Of a stretch of DNA of 64,000 bases, positions 41,186-54,408 are shown piece after piece. Source of the stretch: Octopus sinensis (lineage: Eukaryota); assembly GCF_006345805.1 (NCBI RefSeq), contig NW_021833074.1:20474-84473 (forward strand), written 5' to 3'. The translations under genes and the position numbers were made by a program. Positions within the stretch are counted from its first letter, which is position 1. Each line of letters starts with the position of its first letter. The notes beneath the pieces are model-generated. The model saw only the letters and a program-made list of their open reading frames with translations. It did not search any database and was not told the origin of the DNA.

Positions 41186-41553
41186 TTTGTGAACAAACCG
41201 GATGTTACGGAGAACAGCGACACACATAGGTCTTTTTAAATAGTAACTGTAATTATATATTATTCATATAATAATATATGTTCCATTTAGAGCGACTATA
41301 CCTAAGCAATTGACCCAAAAAAGATGGGCCGAACCACTGCGAATTGAACACATCAATGCTTACACGGTTCCGGACGCAACCAATTCAGCCACAAAGCCCA
41401 CATTGCCCTTTTTTCGGTCGCTTGTTTAGGTTTAATCTCTCTAAATGGAGCATATATTATTATATAAATGATATATAATTACAGTTATTATTAAAAAGGA
41501 CCCATGTGTGTCTCTCTTCTCCGTAATTTACAGCCTTCGGGTTTATTTACAAA
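41186..41553. mobile_element. MITE-like element with ~100-bp imperfect terminal inverted repeats; inverted partial copy at 41603-41752
   Basis: TTACGGAGAA..TATATGTTCCATTTAGAG mirrors CTCTAAATGGAGCATATA..TTCTCCGTAA. Confidence 0.6.
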
Positions 41554-41769
41554 GGCTAACATTATCTATACATTAAATTGATGAAATTGATGAAATTGAT
41601 GAGTGGGCTATGTGATTGAATTGGGTGTGTACGGAGCCATGTAAGCATTGATGTCATTTTCAAATCGCAGTGGTTCGGCGGTCCCTCTTTTTTCAGTTAA
41701 TTGTTTAGATTTAATCGCTCTAAACGGAGAGTATATTATTATATAAATAATACATACATACATACATAT

Positions 41770-41843
<74 letters not shown>

Positions 41844-42429
41844 TACTACATATACCCAACTAATAAACTGTCACCTGCAAATATATTTTACTTAGTAAAC
41901 GATAGCCGCAAGAATAAAGCGAACAAACTAGTACCAGATTATGTAACCAATCTCAGGCATCCATATTTATTGATTTACTAAGATCCTTGGACCACACCGT
42001 ATCACACAGTCACACTCACTGGATTAATTCTTCATCCGGTAGTTCTGCTTTGGCAGGTATACTTGAGATATTCCCAGCGTTAATTCCTGAGGGTAGTCAC
42101 CAACTGTTGACAAAGATCATCTCGTAAGCTATAAAGGACAGAGAAACAAAAGACTCTAACCAGAAATTGTTAAGTTTCCAACAATTTCTGATTAAAATTT
42201 GTTCCAGCTGAAATGTCCTAATAACAAAACAATATCGATCTCCCTGTCGTCTGCCTGTCACAGAGTTTTATTTTCATTTCTTCTCTTTGATATGTTGGTG
42301 TTCTTTCGTCTTTAAACATACACATATTTCATGATTTAATTGTCACATCGTCCTTGATGATTTGATGATTTCAGTGTTTCTCATATTTATATTTTGTTAT
42401 TTCAGATATCTGTTCACACTGGTTCAACT

Positions 42430-44425
42430 ATGATTCACTTCAACGTAATTGTATTCCTCCTGGGGCTCTTATCACCATTAGTTTATTCTCATGGTTGTCG
42501 TATGGAAGACGACGTATGTGAGTTTAAGCTGGTAATTTCCTATAAATTAACTATGCTATACAATAAGATCTTGGTACTACCCCATAATGGAAAACTCTAC
42601 AAATATGACGTCACTAATTTTACAAATGCTCAACCGATACCAACTGATAAAGTCATTACGATGGATGGTTTCTCTGAGTCAGTTAAGGTGATTACAGTAA
42701 ATGGTACAGTTCCTGGACCAACGATAGAAGTTTATAAAGGACAAAGAGTCATCATTGAAGTAGAAAACCAATTATTTTCAGAAGGTACAACAATACATTG
42801 GCACGGCTTGCATCAAAGAGAAACATCACATATGGATGGTGTACCTTGGGTTACACAGTGTCCAATTCAACCAGGTCAGTCGTTCAGATATGAATTTAAT
42901 ATTACACAAATTGGAACTTATTGGTACCATTCTCATATTGGAACACAACGTACCATGGGAGTATTTGGTGCTTTGATACTACACGAAAAGACAAAACGTA
43001 AAATGGAAGAACATGTAATGGTAATCTCAGACTACAATCATGACTGGGATTCCGATATGAGTTTTTTAAAAGTTGGCATGGGACTTTATATGCATAAAAA
43101 AAAGGTTGATATTACCAGATCTGTTGAAGGAGGGCTTTTTAGTCTCTTTCAGTTCAATTCCGGAACTGTGAATGGTCGGGGCCGTTATTATGATGAGTCA
43201 GGGAAACATAATGAGGCTCCACTGACTGTCTTTGAAGTAGAATCAGGTAAAGAATATCGTTTTAGAGTGATCGCTGCAGGGGCTCTGTACCCATTTGAAG
43301 TATCTGTTGATGGTCACCAGATGGTAGTCATTGCCTCTGATGGTTATGACATAACACCAACACCTGTTGATTACTTTATCATCAACCCCGGTGAGAGATT
43401 TGACTTCACAATACATGCAAATAACTCTGTCGGAAATTACTGGATCCGCGGACAGACACTGCAAATGGGCAAAAATAATACATTTGAAGCAATTCTTCGA
43501 TATAAAGGTGCACCGGTCGAAGAACCTAACTCCACAGTTTCTGACTGCATTCAACAAAAGAACTGCACTTTACTCAACTGTCCCTTTCTTTATAATCCCC
43601 ATAAAAGTGATAAACCATGTTTAACTTTTGGTGACTTAGAATCTAATTATCGAGATGTACCGCCTTTCCGGTCTGGAAAGTTTAAGGAACATTTTTTAAA
43701 TTTTGCTTTTCCTGGTGAACCTGGGAACACACCTGCATCAATAAATGGTCGGGTGTTCGTGGAACCCACGGTAAACCCTTTAACACAACCAAATGAAATA
43801 GATAGTCCGTGTGATAAAGCCAACTGCGGTGTTGATAAAGTGTGTCGGTGTACTCATTCCATAAACCTGAAATTTGGTGATACAATTCAAGTTGTAATGA
43901 CAAATCTGGGAAAAGGTAAAGGGTTCTCCCACCCTATACACATGCATGGACATTCATTTTATGTAGTTAAAATGGGATTTCCAAAATACAATGAAACAAC
44001 GGGAAGAATAATAAATGATAGTACAGATATTGATTGCAGAGGTGATCCGAAAATGAACTATTGTAATGATGCGGCTTGGTCAAACAGTAAATGGGAGGGA
44101 GACAACATCCCCGGAATGAATTTACGAAACCCTCCTCGAAAGGATGTAGTTATGGTCCCTACAGGTGGATACGTTGTAGTGAGAATACGGGCCGATAATC
44201 CTGGAATGTGGTTTGTGCACTGCCACATTGAATTACACAGCAAGGAGGGAATGGCTCTTATTCTTAACGAATCTTTCGCTCGGTTGCCAGAAATGCCGGA
44301 CAATCTCCCCGGGTGTCGTAGCTTCAAGAGAAGCGTTTACAACATAAGGAAAGATACTGGAAAGGATGACTGTAAGGACAGAAATGGTGAAGATGATAAG
44401 GATGATAAAGGTGATAATCATGGCG
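42430..44425 (+). CDS. Multicopper oxidase (laccase-like), coding exon 1: signal peptide and all three cupredoxin domains
   Basis: Uninterrupted ORF with HWHG, WYHSH, HPIHMHGH and HCHIELHSKEGM copper motifs. Acceptor TTTCAG ends at 42405, ATG at 42430 starts a signal peptide (MIHFNVIVFLLGLLSPLVYS), and donor G|GTAAGG follows 44425 (phase 1). Confidence 0.93.
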
Positions 44426-44861
44426 GTAAGGGATGTTATATTTTTATTGTTCTTTAATCTTTTCCTCGAGTTTCATCTCTTATTTTATAAATATTTTGAG
44501 AAGGCAAGACAGATGGGGTACTATCAGATAGGTGGTGGAATAAAAGCAGTACTGTTCTTGAGAACGAGGTAGATTATGATTTCGTGATTTTAGAGATCGT
44601 GAGAAATGGCTGGAGAGAGAAGATGGATGGAGGGAGTGAGAGATTGAATCGTTTGGCGATTATCATTTTGTTCAATGTCGTCGATCTGTTGTTGAAGACC
44701 TGAGTTGCTGCAGTTGTCGTTGTCGCTGTTGTATTCATCACCATGTTAACCATTGAGCTGACATGTCCAGAAATATATTTCAGCTTTTGTCATCACTTTT
44801 AAAAAAACTTTCTACACCACCCAACACTACAATATCAAATGCATCCATTTCTAAATCGTTA

Positions 44862-44897
<36 letters not shown>

Positions 44898-46121
44898 GTC
44901 TACTCTTTATAGAGGGCAAGTAACAGCACACGATCTTCTCTTGTTGGTTGGTCAGTGAACGAAGTTCATGTGGGTAACAAATACAGTTTAATTGGATCAG
45001 ACTGAATTGTATCCTATTATCATTAAAAGCCAACTGCACCAGAGAACAAAATGACATTGATTATCAATAGATTAGGATACCTTCATCTATGATAAATCCT
45101 CGACTACCAATGACATCAGCTGATGCAATAAATCAGTTTTGTTTTCTGCTATCAACTGCAAACGAAGATGAGATTCTCCGGGAATTTTAAAGGTGATTAC
45201 TTTTTCCAGGTATTTCTTTAGTTTTGCCATCAGGACACGGACGCACATACAATAAAGGAAACAACGTAAGTTCATTTCGTAAATTAGGATGAATACCTGT
45301 TCGTAAAGAGTTGCAGTCCTTTACTCTTGACCAATTTAGAAAATGATTGTGTGGAGAGAAAAGAATCCTGATGTTCGAGCAATGTTTTCCATCGTGGCAG
45401 TGCTGGTGGTGGTGATTGTGGTGGTGGTTGATCATCGTTGTTGCTAAAACTATATTTCGTATTACTATGTTATTATTCAAACTGTATACGTAAATCTATT
45501 GTGGATTTCCTAGCAGATTACGTGAATGAAAAACGAAAATCAATGACAAACTAATGTGTTACTAGTTGTTCTCTTTGGATTAAGTGAATTAATTTTGTTT
45601 CTGGAGGATTCTCAGTGTAATGTGTTGTATTAGTTTGGCAACAAGGAAGTTATTCGTTGTAGGAACGCAATTCAATATTGACTGATGTATATCGCAGATG
45701 TACGGCTATGTTTCATGAGTGACGTCCTTAACTTGGAAAGCAAAACTACTACAAACGTTGCAAATAATAAACGAATAAACTCTTACTAGTGATCATTGGA
45801 ATGGAAGTCATCACAATTATGGAGTGATACACTGAGAACAAACACGTATTGAAATTAAAATGGTACCAGTAGCTGCGTGTGCATGAATTATTTTTTGTCA
45901 GATGATGTGGAAACTGAAGAAACAAATGTATTTTTTACAGCAATAGGCTTATGGATAGAGTGCTAAATATTTAGAGAGTCTTAGTGGCATTTTTTGCTAT
46001 TAGATCTTCCGTAATAGAGATATATTATTTAATTATATTGTTACATAAGTGAGAGGGAAATGACTTCTTGAAATGCAACTGCCATTGAAGTTTTATATAT
46101 TTTTATCTTCTGGTCACACAT

Positions 46122-46365
46122 GTGGAGGTGCGTGGTTTAGTGGTTAGGGTGTTGGCCTCATGATCGTAAGATTGTAGTACCGATTCCTGGACCAGGTCAC
46201 GCGTTGTTTTCTTGAGTAAAACACTTCGTTTAACTTTGCTCCACTTCACACTCAGCTGGGAAAAATGAGTAATCCTGCGACGGACCGGTGTCCTGTCAAA
46301 GCGGGGAATATATACGCCACAGAAACCGGAAAATCGTCCCTATGAGTTTATAGGACTCGAGAAGT
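46122..46365 (+). mobile_element. SINE family C-related, intronic
   Basis: GGAGGTGCGTGGTTTAGTGGTTAGG..GATTCCTGGACC. Confidence 0.75.
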
Positions 46366-46793
46366 AGATTTACTACTATTTTTTACTACATATACCTAAA
46401 GTAGGGATCGGCAAACTATTTCAGATGTGGACTAGGTTGGGAATGTTTCGCTTTCTGAGGCAATACAAATAAAATGAAATGAAAATTAGACCATAGAGGG
46501 GTTTGCAAGTTCTAGCCATGACTGTACATGTTTATATTCAGATACAGTAAATCAAGCGCATTATTTTTTAATGTACCCATTTTTTTTAACGTGGCACAGA
46601 GTAATTCAAGGAGATTTGGTTGCTATTTCAGAAAATATATCTTTGTTCTTATTCCTAACAGGTGAAGTTCGTAGGTTACTTTTGGGGTGTTTAATGCGCA
46701 GTTCGAATTCGTTCCTCGCAAGAAAATGCATTATTGAAATAAATAAATAAACTTATGAAATATTTCATTATATAATAATGAGCGAAGTGTATC

Positions 46794-46832
<39 letters not shown>

Positions 46833-47521
46833 CAAAATCCCTCAGAAGGGAGTGGGAGAAAGAATAATATAAGTGAAGGGAGAGGAGAGAAAATAGTAAT
46901 TCAGTGAAGGAGAAATAGGGAGAGTAATAGCCATAACTGAGAGGGAGTGAGAAAAAATAACAGCAATGTAAGAGAGGAAGTGGTAAAGAGAGTGTTGTGT
47001 ATCTTATCTTCTACTATAATAATACTCTTGTGTATTTCTCCGTCACAACATATGAATAAGAAGGGAAGGGGTGATAGATGATTAAGGAAAGAAGGGGTGA
47101 GGGCAAACTTGGTAGTGGGATGATAGAAGTCCTATGGTGAAGAAAAAATCAAACAGCGTTTCAACTTTGCGTGAGTATGTGTGTGTGTATATAAAAGGAA
47201 GTCATGGAAATGTGTGTGTGTGTGTGTGCGTGTGTGTGTGTGTGAGAGTGCAATGAAAGTGGGATGGTAAACATTCAACGCTGAAAAGAAAAATCAAACA
47301 GCGTTTCAACTCTGTGTGAATATATTTGTGTAAGCGTCTGCGTGGACAAGGAAAGTGTGTGAATATATGTATCTCTGATTATTATGTACCTTATTTATAT
47401 ATAAAATACTACAATTAGGCGTTATTTTTGACGGCACGGGGCCGGCTAGTCTTTTTTTTTTTTTTTTGCTATTTGTGTATCTACCTAATAAACTCAATAT
47501 TGTATTTCTTTTCATTTACAG

Positions 47522-47619
47522 CTGCAGGCGACTACATGGTACGAGTGGCACTTGGAGTTCTAATCGCTGTCGTCTGTATCCTGGTCTTGTTGTTGTTGTT
47601 CTGGTGTTCCTTGTTATAA
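47522..47619 (+). CDS. Laccase-like gene terminal coding exon: hydrophobic membrane or GPI anchor
   Basis: Strong acceptor TTTCTTTTCATTTACAG ends at 47521; phase matches exon 1; encodes AAGDYMVRVALGVLIAVVCILVLLLLFWCSLL*; spliced product 697 aa. Confidence 0.7.
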
Positions 47620-47760
47620 GGAAGCAAAAGAATTAACTTTGAAAATCACCTGAAATCAATACGATCATAGATAGAAGTGGGGGAGAGTGGGGTGGGGCGA
47701 ATCTAAGATTTGCTAAGGTAATTTTGTGGGGTCTGTAAGTGCATAGTGTAAGGTTCGAGT

Positions 47761-48120
47761 GGCGTTTGGTAACTGATGTGTGTCGTGGGTCATGTATGTA
47801 CTTGGTGGTATATAGTACAGATAGTGTATTAGTAACAGTATATGGTGTGATAGAACACCATAACGACGGCATTATTAATTTTACATTATTACGACACTAT
47901 TATTAATGTGTGTGTGTGTGTGTGTGTGTATTTGTGTGTGTGTCTGTGTGTGTTGAGTGGGGTTTGGTAACTGATGTGTGTCGTGGGTTATGGATGTACT
48001 TGCTGGTATATAGTACAGATAGTGTATTAGTGATACAACACCATTACGACGGCATTATTAATTTTGCATTATTACTACACTATTATTAATGTGTGTGTGT
48101 GTGTGAGCGTGTGTGTCTGA
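47761..48120. repeat. Tandem duplication of a ~200-bp unit ending in (TG)n
   Basis: GTTTGGTAACTGATGTGTGTCGTGGG..CACTATTATTAATGTGTG occurs twice. Confidence 0.85.
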
Positions 48121-48142
48121 TAGTGTAGTAATAATGGTATTT

Positions 48143-48532
48143 GTGGAGGCGCAATGGCCCAGTGGTTAGGGCAGCGGACTCGCGGTTATAGGATCGCGGT
48201 TTCGATTCCCAGACCGGGCGTTCTTAGTGTTTATTGAGCGAAAACACCTAAAAAAGCTCCACGAGGCTCCGGTAGGGGATGGTGGTGATCCCTGCTGTAC
48301 TCTTTCACCACAACTTTCTCTCACTCTTACTTCCTGTTTCTGTTGTACCTGTATTTCAAGGGGCCGGCCTTGTCACTCTCTGTGTCACGCTGAATATCCC
48401 CGAGAACTACGTTAAGGTGCACGTGTCTGTGGAGTGCTCAGCCACTTACACGTTAATTTCACGAGCAGGCTGTTCCGTTGATTCGGATCAACCGGAACCC
48501 TCATCGTCGTAACCGACGGAGTACTTCCATCC
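48143..48532 (+). mobile_element. SINE family C, long form, with 13-bp TSD
   Basis: TSD AATAATGGTATTT at 48130-48142 and 48533-48545; intact A/B-box-like head. Confidence 0.92.
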
Positions 48533-48986
48533 AATAATGGTATTTATTCATAATTAGTGAAAGCTGTCTTCATTGACGTATTATTGTTTAACTCTAGGTT
48601 CGAACCTATTGAATAGCCACGACCATCCCGTCTGGTATGTAAATAATTTTTCTAGGATTACGTTATCTATCATGTCCAGTTTTTGCTTTAGAACGGAGGT
48701 AGATTTTTGACTTCTAATTTTATCAACTCGAGTTGACGCGTAAATATCCACTCGTTGAGATCGTATAACCATTGAAGTAAATTGTGGGTTTCTTTATGTT
48801 AATCTAACAATTATAAACGCTGTTTTGTCCAGAGCATTGGTATTTAATAGTTGTAGACAGCAGAAGTGAAGCGTATATACTAAAAGAGTTAATGAGTGAT
48901 ACTGAAAGGGTAGAAGTATGATTCGAACCATTATCCTCAAGCTTATAACTAATACAATGTTTTAATAAAAGCGCGTTTGTATAAGA

Positions 48987-49021
<35 letters not shown>

Positions 49022-49440
49022 TCTTATTTCACAAAACAGTTGAAATAAATTTCTAGTATCAACTTCTCTATTAATATATTCAAATACACCTTTTATGATA
49101 ACAAATATATGCAATGTCACTAATAATCTCATGTCCAAAAATTTCTTGAAGGCTGTTTATATTATCTGGATTTAAAAATACAGTGATCATGTTTTGGTTT
49201 AAATCTGCCGCCTGTTGCGATATGTAAGTTCGTACATCAGATATTCGGTTCAGCCTAAATTTAAATTACTCACGTGACATAACTCTCCATTTTTCCAGTT
49301 TTAGTTATCTCTCTTGTTACTTCGAACTGTTGATTTCTGTTCATAGTTGGTTTCTTGTTTTATGGCTTCACTTGATGGTTTCGGACACTTATTTCGCTGC
49401 GAGGGTGAAGGCCATATCAGCCACGGATATCTTAAAACCT

Positions 49441-49649
49441 TCCAGAATCGTTAGTATGCCGAACAAAATGCTAAGCGGCATTTCGTCTGCCTTTATGTTC
49501 TAAATTCAAATTCCGCCGAGATTGACTTTGCCGTGCCATTCATCCTTTCAGAGTCGATAAAATAAGTACGGGTTGAGTACTGGTATAAACGTAACAGATT
49601 TAGCCCTACCCCTTAAATTGCAGGCGTTGTGCCAATATTTGAAACCATT
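49441..49649 (+). mobile_element. SINE family A
   Basis: CAGAATCGTTAGTATGCCG..TTCAAATTCCGCCGAG..TTCATCCTTTCAGAGTCGATAAA. Confidence 0.8.
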
Positions 49650-50269
49650 CTCCAAATCCTTACTTTTCGCTGATTAAACAGTTTAAAACATACCGCGTAA
49701 AAAACTATTTTCGGAAGTAAGGACAATAATGGATTCCCCTTAAGGCTACATGGCGGTGTAAACCATAGTATATTGCCATTGTTATTGCAGTCTTATTGTT
49801 TTAGACAGCAGGAAGATAGTGATAACTGTAAAAATAAAAAAAAGTTATGTCAATGCTCCCCAAACCGAATCGCTGGCATACTAAACTACAGTCTAGGTAG
49901 AAAAAGAAGTATTTAGGCTGAACAAAGAATACATAGGCAATACTTTTTTTCCTTTTGCTTCATCAGAATGTGCTAATTGCTTTTTGAATACAAATATATA
50001 CATAGTTGAGGTGTGAACGAATCTAGATGTAAAACGGCGAAAAGACGTGTAAAAGAAATGTGAGAGAGGATGAATAGGATACCCAGCAAGGAGAAGGTTA
50101 GATTAAACTAGTGATGTCCTGTTACCTGGATAGCTAAGATTATAATTACAAAATTAGAAAATACTGAGGTGATTCAATTGTTTTAATTGACATAGAAACA
50201 TATTTAATGGGTTTAAAAATTGAATATGAATAATAGCTTCATAACGATTTTAATAGTGTATTAAGATAT

Positions 50270-50496
50270 TTCAAAGAGAGAGAGAGAGAGAGAGACAGAC
50301 AGAGAGAGACAGAGAACTTAAATCAGAAAATGAATCGCAGACTAAAAGGTCAGATATATAGCATATGACATGTTCTAGAAATAACGTTAATTTGGGTGAG
50401 AGAGTGAGTGAATGAGAGAGAGGGAGAGAGAGACACAGAGAGAGAGAGACAGACAGACAGGCATACAGACAGACAAATAAATGGATAGACAGATAT

Positions 50497-50527
<31 letters not shown>

Positions 50528-50532
50528 TATAT

Positions 50533-50575
<43 letters not shown>

Positions 50576-50833
50576 TTAAATCAGTAAATGAATCGTAGAC
50601 TAAAAGGTCAGATAGATAGCATATAACAGATGTTTTAGAAATAGCGTTAAATTGGGTAAGAGAGTGAGTGAATGAGAGAGAGGGAGAAGGAGAGACAGAC
50701 AGACAGACAGGGAGAGACAGACAGACAGGGAGAGACAGACAGACAGGGAGAGACAGGGTGAGAGAGACAAAAAGAGACAGACAGAGAAGGCAGACAGAAG
50801 AGACAGACAGGCATACAGACAGACAAATAATGA

Positions 50834-50902
<69 letters not shown>

Positions 50903-50925
50903 TAGACAGATATATAGATAGATAG

Positions 50926-50960
<35 letters not shown>
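50270..50960. repeat. Two-unit tandem duplication with (GA)/(GACA)/(GATA) tracts
   Basis: GAACTTAAATCAG..GACTAAAAGGTCAGATA..GAGAGTGAGTGAATGAGAG repeated at ~50312 and ~50572. Confidence 0.85.
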
Positions 50961-50965
<5 letters not shown>

Positions 50966-52161
50966 TAAAATAAAAAAGATATACGCTTTATAAATGGATT
51001 GTTTTCTGTAATCTTTGTATTCTATTCGCCCCGTCGACGGCGGGTTATCGTAAATATTTTATGATTCATCTTAACTTCCACAGAAATTGAAGAGTAATAT
51101 GATGCTTTTTAAGCTGCTAACTTGTAATTCTCAGTGCATTACTTTTCCTTTTAATGATAATCATTGTAGAGGCGCATAACTATATTATTGTAGTCACTAA
51201 TATTGAATCTACAAGTTTCTATGGTGATTAAAACAACTGCATCCCATCATAAATTTAATTATTAGTCTTAGTGGCTGAACTACAAGAAAGCGCTCAAATA
51301 ACTTACCTTCCCACACCATTGAACAGCGGTATTTTCTGCTTTCAACTTCATTCCTCCCAGCATTTTTCATCTTATTACAACAACTTCATACAAAGTTCCA
51401 TTATTTAAAAATTGTAACTAATTCTCAAGTACCGAAAGGGGAAATCTGCGATCACTGTAAATTTGGGAAAATCTTAAAAATATATATTTGTATTATTATG
51501 CAGACCGTCATTTGTTGTTTGTACCAAAACACAATACACATTATTGTATTGAAAACACGACTGTGTTCTAGTTTCATTTTTTGTAGAGAGACTATTATTT
51601 TTAATATTTTCGTATAAAATACATGTTGCTCGTATGAAAAAAGTAAATACCCCAAATCCACCATAAAAGTTTCCATATCTTACATTCATAGTCTCATTTA
51701 CATCTTGAGTTAAGGCTGGTACACAACACATTGGCGATTATTCATATTAGGATGGATACTATGGTAATGTAAATATTATCACCCGTAGTGATAATTTTAG
51801 TGTTGGATTTATATGTTATCAGTCAAGTATTCTTATGTTGCTTGTCATGCATGTACATGGCATGCAAGACCAGTTTGGCATTGTGCTGTTAAGAAGAATG
51901 ATTCCATAATTTCTCCAAATGCAAATATATTAAAACGCGTTCATAAAAGAGAAAGGAGAAAAGAAAAAAGATGTATTTTGAACACTAATGTGTTCTGAAA
52001 ATCGCGTTGAAAACGATAAAGCTTTTCCTCAATTTGAACAATGACAAATATATATTTTTATACATGAATTTTTGTAATACCCGTTGCGAGTTCCTGATAT
52101 ATTAATAATCTGATTTTCATTTCTGTTTTATAATACTAAAAACTATATATATATACCATGT

Positions 52162-52192
<31 letters not shown>

Positions 52193-52770
52193 GTATGTAT
52201 GTATGTATGTATATATGAATATATATATATAGGTGTTAAATGACCACCTAAGGATATTAAATATTCAAAGAATTTACTGTCTTTTTGCCGATATAAATAA
52301 CAATGTTATGACCTATTGCTCTTAACAAATAGGTAAATAAATAAATAAAATAAACATACAGAAATATATATTAGAAATGGAAACCAAAATAATAAATTCA
52401 ACAATAAAATAATTCAATCTTTAAATGATAAATTCAGTTCAATTTTATTTTGTGATACAAACAAATAACTCATGTAGTAAATTAGCTGATGCCACACCAT
52501 TGATAAAAGCAAGTTTTTCAAGAATAATGAAACATCGTTTGAAATATAATGAGATTTCATCAGATAGATATATCTTCTTAAATGCCTTACGAAAAATAGC
52601 GCATGAAAATTTTTCTAACTGCTAACGCTTTTAAAAAAAAAAAACCTTTTAAAGAGCGAGTCCAATCGTAAATAAATAATCTAACTGAAAGTTCGTAAAT
52701 TCCTAAATTTAAATCTATTAGTATCTAGTTCTATAACCGATTTTGTTGCATAATACATACATTCATATAG

Positions 52771-52812
<42 letters not shown>

Positions 52813-52950
52813 GCACAAATACGTACACCACTCTATTTTTGTATATATACATACACATACACGTACGTCTACATACATGCATATTCATATGTACAAGTTT
52901 ACTTATTCATACACACACACACACACTCATATATATATACATACATACAT

Positions 52951-53005
<55 letters not shown>

Positions 53006-53006
<1 letters not shown>

Positions 53007-53207
53007 TATTTTAAGCAGCAGAAAATTCAACAAAATCTGTTACTCTGAGTTTCTCGTTGCCGTTCATCAGACAGATGAACGGCAACGAGAAACTCAGAGT
53101 AACAGATTTTGCTGAATTTTCTGCTGCTTAAAATAAAGCATATTACTCTACCACTGGTATTTGAGTACTCTTTTTTCCACCTTGTTTCACATTTATGTGT
53201 TTACTCC

Positions 53208-53210
<3 letters not shown>
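53006..53210 (+). mobile_element. (TA)n-inserted foldback element (131-bp hairpin plus 74-nt tail) with hammerhead fold; present in the left arm only
   Basis: 63-bp arms at 53006-53068 and 53074-53136; minus strand TCTGT-CTGATGA-ACG-GCAA-CGA-GAAA-CTC-A-GAG-TA-ACAGA (53036-53075). Confidence 0.75.
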
Positions 53211-53251
<41 letters not shown>

Positions 53252-53559
53252 ATTATATATATATATATTTAAATGTATACATATGCAAGTCCATACACAC
53301 ATGTATATATATTTATGGTAAAACATTAGTTTATATTTTAATTCAAATCTAAATAAAGAGATTTATAATATAAATTAAACTTACAACTTATTCAAGTCAT
53401 ACTTTAAAGTAAATAGAGGGGAAATAACTATTTTTCCATTTTCAGAAACAAAACGAACGAAATTAACATTTTTACATATGATGTTTTGTAATACTTATTA
53501 TGATTTGTTGTTAAATAAAATATTTACATTTTAATATTACTTGTTAGTTTTTATTACTG

Positions 53560-53850
53560 AAATAAACAGTTTACATTTGTGTCTCAAGTCCCAGATATGG
53601 TTAACTTATCTTGTGGTTTTTCTCTTATCCATATGCCGGAAGGACGTATGCACGCTACGCACCATTAAGATCATCGTGGAACGATTCATTCCATGCGTTA
53701 ATAGACAAAGGAAATGCAGACTTTGTTTAGCCGAAAGATCTATCCTTTTTAGATCTGAGATATTTATTAAAAATTCACAAGTTTCTTTTGTTGAACGGGA
53801 GGACACCATCCTCTTCGGTTTAAGCATACAGTCTCACAAACTATGACTTT
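53560..53850 (+). mobile_element. Naiad-type PLE C-terminal remnant (mirror at ~63110-63400, minus strand)
   Basis: IIVERFIPC..RKCRLCLAERSIL resembles the W.I...PY..KRC.LC..E end of the 22547-25260 element. Confidence 0.45.
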
Positions 53851-54408
53851 CTCCCTGTTACATTAATTTATACACAAACCGTTTTAGAATTGATTCGAAT
53901 GGGCACAAAGGACGCAACTTTTAAATTTCTGGGGTTTTTTTCTCATCCACTTTTATTTGACCCTCTCCCTCTAGTCGTTTCTCATGTTCTTTCTGTTTTC
54001 ATCAGATCTATAAGAGATTAGGGTGGGATACCAATCAGGAGTTCAGATTGCCGAGGAAGATTATATGAGCGTTTAACGGCCTTTCGTGTGCAAAAAATGA
54101 CCTTGAATTTTAAATGGACATTCACTTCCTTCATCAGCTTGATTGCACCCCTTTTGCTTACTCGAATAAATTATTATATGGTTTGTGTAAATTGCTTCAC
54201 AGGGAGAAGCTAAAGTTTGTGAGACTGCATACTTAATTCAGAGAGGGTGGTATTCTCCAGTTCAACAAAATAAATTTGTCCATGTTTACATTTACTAAAA
54301 ATCTCAGATCTGGAATTCTTGTCTCAATTACGAAAGTACATATAAACTCTTTATACTTATGCATGCATACATGTGTGTGTGTGTGTGTTTGTAGAAAACA
54401 AAAACGAA

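Noticed and set aside
42130-42136. TATAAAG as laccase TATA box (CCAAT near 41946)
   Set aside because: The acceptor at 42405 implies an upstream non-coding exon whose position is unknown; such motifs are common by chance in AT-rich DNA.
42394-42429. ORF-track start of the oxidase at 42394
   Set aside because: Non-ATG (TTG) start inside the polypyrimidine tract of an acceptor (AG 42404-42405); the ATG at 42430 gives a proper signal peptide.
46396-46415. TAGGGATCGGCAAACT resembling a hAT terminal inverted repeat
   Set aside because: No partner repeat or 8-bp TSD found.
51020-52100. Microsatellite-free, coding-like segment on the minus strand
   Set aside because: Many stops in all frames and no motif I can name; needs a translated homology search.
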